This document shows, piece by piece, positions 28,737 through 32,000 of a stretch of 32,000 bases of DNA. This DNA comes from Candidatus Altimarinota bacterium (GTDB lineage Bacteria > Patescibacteriota > Gracilibacteria > UBA1369). The position numbers and the translations under genes were made by a program. Each line of letters opens with the position of its first letter. The stretch's first letter is position 1. The notes under the pieces were generated by a model. It was not told where the DNA came from, did not search any database, and was given only the letters and a program-made list of their open reading frames with translations. Where the stretch lies: NCBI GenBank assembly GCA_041659405.1, contig JBAZYK010000005.1:31796-63795 (forward strand), written 5' to 3'.

Positions 28737-29582
28737 CTACTCTTTTGGCTTTCTTAATTGCTTATTCACGTTACCTTGAAGGTAATTTCCCTTTGAAATA
28801 ACGCTTCTTCCGAGCTCTTTTTCTGTCTGCTTTCGTGCGCCACCTGCGACATTTCCACCCCGCTTGGCCACTTTTTTATGCTCTATCATTACTTTTGGCT
28901 TTTCCTTGTGGGAAATCTCCGTTGTTACTTTCTCCCCAAGCATTGTAAAAATCAGCTCCAGGTCGGTCATATTGTCCCTCAAATTTGCTTTGGATTTGTC
29001 AGGTATTTCTTTGTATTTTCTGTACTCATTCGGAGTCATGCCAAAAGTAGCCTTTGAAATTTCAGCGGTCAAAATTGCATAATCCTCCTCGTGCATAAGG
29101 CCCCGCTCTTTCCATTCATCCGTCAAATTCTGGCGGATCGCAATGCCACGCAAGCGTTTATCAATCCAGTCTTTGGAATAGCCCTTTTTCTCGTAAAGTT
29201 TCTTCATGCGCTCTTGTGCAAGTTCGGGATTTTCAATTTCATCCAGTCGCTCTTTTCCAACTTCGGCAAGCCACATTTTGAATGGTTCAGCTTTTTTACT
29301 CGGAATTGATTGTACCAGGCGAAATGCATTCTTGGTATTTACGCAGTCGGTAAGCCTTTCTTTCCCGTCAGTAGCTACAAGTTTCAACTGTCCCCAAATT
29401 GGGGACAGTTGAATTTCGATAAATTCCCTTTGTTTAACTTTTTCCCAATACTGCCTCGGCGTAGGGCTATCGGTAAGTGCTTCAATAATATCCACTACCG
29501 AATAAAACCACTCATCATTATGCCAAATTCGGCGGATCTTTTTTGATTGGAAGAGTACGAGCTTGTTTTGTCGATTGTCCAT
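28737..29582 (-). CDS. Bro-N / phage antirepressor-like protein
   Basis: 'KIRRIWHNDEWFYSVVDIIEALTDSPTPRQYWEKVKQRE' is a BRO-N-like N-terminus; followed by 'KGYSKDWIDKRLRGIAIRQNLTDEW'. Confidence 0.8.
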   Translation of the reverse strand: MDNRQNKLVLFQSKKIRRIWHNDEWFYSVVDIIEALTDSPTPRQYWEKVKQREFIEIQLSPIWGQLKLVATDGKERLTDCVNTKNAFRLVQSIPSKKAEPFKMWLAEVGKERLDEIENPELAQERMKKLYEKKGYSKDWIDKRLRGIAIRQNLTDEWKERGLMHEEDYAILTAEISKATFGMTPNEYRKYKEIPDKSKANLRDNMTDLELIFTMLGEKVTTEISHKEKPKVMIEHKKVAKRGGNVAGGARKQTEKELGRSVISKGNYLQGNVNKQLRKPKE

Positions 29583-29669
29583 AATTTTAGAAGTTAGAAA
29601 TAACTCATTTTATTTTTACCACACAAACATTAAAAAATTCTAAAATCTTTCTTAAATAAAAATGAAAAT

Positions 29670-29775
29670 AACCTGCACCGCGCCACGCCCCCGAAGAGCA
29701 TTATTCTGATTATCGGGATTGTTCCAATTGAAGTTGACCTGACGATTCTTCGGATTGAAATTACCGTAGGCGATT
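29670..29775 (-). repeat. DGR template repeat (TR)
   Basis: 106-nt ungapped match to 30194..30299 at offset 524. 16 mismatches, all at positions that are A in this copy's sense (minus) strand. The TR reading is Asn-codon rich (NFNPKNRQVNFNWNNPDNQNNALRGRGAVQV). Confidence 0.95.
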
Positions 29776-29949
29776 ATTGACCGGATGTGTCCGTAAACAT
29801 AAACGTTGTCGCAACAACGCCATGCGCATTGGTTTGCTTTTTCACCCTCTTTGTTGAGATGCATATCTCGGATTTACTTGAGAGTACAACCGGCTCAAAC
29901 GTGCAGGTTTATTTTCATGTAAAATGCTGGCACAAGCCCCTGCTTTTGC

Positions 29950-29963
29950 CCCGCCAGGGCGGG
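29950..29963. repeat. Short palindrome CCCGCC-AG-GGCGGG
   Basis: Read directly; same core as 28707..28720. Confidence 0.75.
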
Positions 29964-30140
29964 ATGCTACGAAGCTTTTGAATGTGCCACCATTCAGCGG
30001 TAGCCTTAGACCACATTGCGACCATTCTATGGATTTTCAAGGATGACCACCGCTTGGCGGGGTCTTGGACAAGTCCAGGTTGCTATTCACCGACGTTGAA
30101 ATATTAATCCTTGATGTGAAAAAATTAAAGCTAAAATTAG

Positions 30141-30158
30141 GCCCCGCTGCGGCGGGGC
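30141..30158 (-). terminator. GCCCCGC-CGCA-GCGGGGC hairpin downstream of the variable-protein gene; terminator and/or DGR target-site hairpin
   Basis: Perfect 7-bp stem with 4-nt loop, 36 nt 3' of the VR in sense orientation, followed by an A/T-rich CTAATTTTAG. Confidence 0.7.
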
Positions 30159-30187
30159 TTAAGAAAAAGCAAAGATCAAATTTCAAT

Positions 30188-31654
30188 TTATAAAACCTGC
30201 ACCGCGCCACGCCCCCGAAGAGCAACATCCCGATTATCGGGATCGGCCCAATCGAAGGCGACCTGACGACGCTCCGGATCGAAATAACCGTAGGCGAATT
30301 TACTTATTTTAGAATTATGTTCTTGATTGAACATCGTCACTGTTTCTTGTGGCTGATCGTAAAAATCAATAATATGTTTTCCCGGATTTGACTCCCCATT
30401 CTTCTTTGCTTTCGCATAGGCACGCAGTGAGCGTTGCATGCCCATGGCATACTGATGGTCGTGTATAAGCTCCATTCCCTGTTCCTTGAAGTAGCTTTCA
30501 CAAACGCGTAGCTGTTCATCATTGCGCTGTTTTCTGGGTTGCTGCCCCGGAACAACCGCCGGACTTTGAACCATATCGACAATGCTGACGCCGACCTTTT
30601 TAGGACCTTCGGGCCATTCATAATCAGTTGCAAAATAAGCTCTATGCTGCTGCTCATAATGGCGATTTACATCCAAATCCATATCATCCTTCATTTCAGC
30701 AAAAGATTTATTGGCGGGTTCAATAATCAGTTCAGGTTTACCCATAATGGATGCTATCTTTTCAAGCTTTTTCGTACCCAGTTTTAAAATATTGGCAATA
30801 ACCTCTTCTTTGGAAGGCGCGACAATGTCCGGATCAAACTCTCTGGCCGTGGCAAGGGCTTCTTCATATCCACTGACAACACTAAGAAGTTTTTCTTTTT
30901 GTTCCGTGGTTAAACGGAGGCGATCAACGAATTGCTGATAATCTTTTTCTAATTTTGCTTCCACTGCTTTTTTAAAATATTCTCCATATGCGATTGGCCC
31001 GGTAGTTTCTATGCTTTTTGCGACACCATGACCAGCGCCTACCTCTGCTTTTGCACCCTGATTCGCCAATTCCAATACACGGGCAGATCTTTTAGCCACA
31101 AACTCACGAATATCAACAATTTTTCCTGTCTGATCAAGCTTTTCTTCCTGTTGCTGCAACGATCTGCGACCTTCAGCATCAAGCTTTGCCATTTTTTCAT
31201 CCCGCTCCGCTATGAGTTTCTCAAGCTGTTGCTGCACATGAAGAGTTTCGACGGCAATGTGCTTCTTCTCTGCTGTTGAAAGTACTGTGGGTTCGATTTT
31301 TTTAGATTTTGGCTCAGGTCGATCAACCAGCCATCGTGCGATTTTTAAAGGTGACTTGCTTAAGCTCAAAGCAACCCTTTTATGCCATGGAGATGCGGGT
31401 TTTTGCACCATGGGTATTTCCGGACTTTGAGGTTCATCTTCCAGACTTTCCATCAAATATTCATAATCATGGTGAAGGAGCTCAATCCTGGTTTCTAGAG
31501 CCATAATATCCTCCAATAGTTTTGATTGCTCGGCTTGAGTTAAAGAACCAGCAGTTTGATTTTTTTCGCCGGCTTGTGCGGTTTTCTGACCTTTTTCTCC
31601 TTCAGAATCTGAAACAGATAGATCGCCTGAATCCGCAGTATGTGGTTTTCCCAT
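30188..31654 (-). CDS. Putative DGR variable (target) protein; coiled-coil-like N-terminal region, C-terminal VR
   Basis: 488-aa ORF whose last codons (FAYGYFDPERRQVAFDWADPDNRDVALRGRGAVQVL*) coincide with the VR. Confidence 0.88.
   Translation of the reverse strand: MGKPHTADSGDLSVSDSEGEKGQKTAQAGEKNQTAGSLTQAEQSKLLEDIMALETRIELLHHDYEYLMESLEDEPQSPEIPMVQKPASPWHKRVALSLSKSPLKIARWLVDRPEPKSKKIEPTVLSTAEKKHIAVETLHVQQQLEKLIAERDEKMAKLDAEGRRSLQQQEEKLDQTGKIVDIREFVAKRSARVLELANQGAKAEVGAGHGVAKSIETTGPIAYGEYFKKAVEAKLEKDYQQFVDRLRLTTEQKEKLLSVVSGYEEALATAREFDPDIVAPSKEEVIANILKLGTKKLEKIASIMGKPELIIEPANKSFAEMKDDMDLDVNRHYEQQHRAYFATDYEWPEGPKKVGVSIVDMVQSPAVVPGQQPRKQRNDEQLRVCESYFKEQGMELIHDHQYAMGMQRSLRAYAKAKKNGESNPGKHIIDFYDQPQETVTMFNQEHNSKISKFAYGYFDPERRQVAFDWADPDNRDVALRGRGAVQVL
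30194..30299 (-). repeat. DGR variable repeat (VR) at the 3' end of the target gene
   Basis: Adenine-specific divergence from TR 29670..29775. The GC-rich 3' segment (30194..30224) is invariant, like an IMH. Confidence 0.95.
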
Positions 31655-31716
31655 AATTGTTTGTTTTAAGATTTCTGCTTATTATAGCATTTTTGGCTGT
31701 AATATGCCATGCAAAA

Positions 31717-32000
31717 TCTAAAAAATCATGATCAAATCCCCTAAATTAGTTCCGGTTGGGCCGGTTTTGATGAGGCCGTTTGTTTTTTTGAAAAAAGTGT
31801 AGGAGTCGTTGCGATTTAAAAAGTCGTCGATTTTTAAGTGTTGTTTTTGGGCTGACTGTAAAATGGCTTGATGGCCGATCGCTCCGGCGATTGGCTCGGG
31901 ACAGATGCCATCAACGCCGTCGGTGCCAATTGAAAGGATGCAGTAATTGGAAAGTGCAGAATCCGCAGAAGTGTTTTTTTTAAATTCGTTTTTGGCCTGC
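31717..32000 (-). CDS. Partial glycerate 2-kinase (MOFRL domain), 5' end off window
   Basis: Open frame read directly, not in ORF track: ...ILSIGTDGVDGICPEPIAGAIGHQAILQSAQKQHLKIDDFLNRNDSYTFFKKTNGLIKTGPTGTNLGDLIMIF*, a MOFRL motif. Confidence 0.88.

Noticed and set aside
28737-29582. Possible reverse transcriptase downstream of TR
   Set aside because: The translated sequence has no RT motifs (no YxDD box) and clearly resembles a Bro-N/antirepressor-type protein.
29652-29864. 70-aa minus-strand ORF MHLNKEGEKANQC...NFNPKNRQVNFNWNNPDNQNNALRGRGAVQVIFIFI as a protein-coding gene or C-terminal pseudogene
   Set aside because: Its homology to the 488-aa protein is confined to the 106-nt TR and shows strictly A-specific differences. 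It is better explained as a noncoding DGR template than as a decayed paralogue.
1-32000. CRISPR arrays or other regularly spaced short repeats
   Set aside because: None seen by eye. The repeated elements found are the two 235-bp repeats, the TR/VR pair and isolated short palindromes.
1-32000. Alternative genetic code (UGA as Gly) expected in some CPR lineages
   Set aside because: Recognisable genes end normally under the standard code, and no conserved family here needs TGA readthrough.

Overview
32-kb bacterial chromosomal window that uses the standard TGA/TAA/TAG stops. Gene content and AT bias suggest a CPR/Patescibacteria-like genome, but this is inference only. Main contents, left to right: a partial minus-strand surface protein with FlgD/Ig-like repeats; rpsT; a tRNA-Ile(CAT) gene split by a ~312-nt group I intron; an accessory/defence-like stretch (HEPN-like protein, AbiEi/AbiEii pair, lipoprotein, SIR2-like protein) partly bracketed by two ~97% identical 235-bp direct repeats that each carry a PhnA C-terminal-domain ORF; secreted or envelope proteins; a MEMO-like protein; an M15 peptidase-SLT fusion; a SUF operon (rrf2-sufC-sufB-sufD-[56-aa Cys-rich ORF absent from the ORF track]-sufS-sufU-sufT-like); folA and thyA; HAD, NYN, peroxiredoxin, trxB, NUDIX and Mrp-like genes; tRNA-Leu(CAG); a Bro-N-like gene; and a 488-aa minus-strand gene. 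The strongest signal is a diversity-generating retroelement (DGR) template/variable repeat pair. The 3' end of the 488-aa gene (VR, 30194..30299) and a noncoding copy 524 bp away (TR, 29670..29775) align without gaps over 106 nt and differ at 16 positions. All 16 are adenines in the TR sense strand, replaced in VR by G, C or T. No reverse transcriptase is visible in the window, and a Bro-N-like gene lies immediately downstream of TR. Secondary points of interest are in-frame palindrome-containing insertions in thyA and sufS, and a long hairpin between sufC and sufB.
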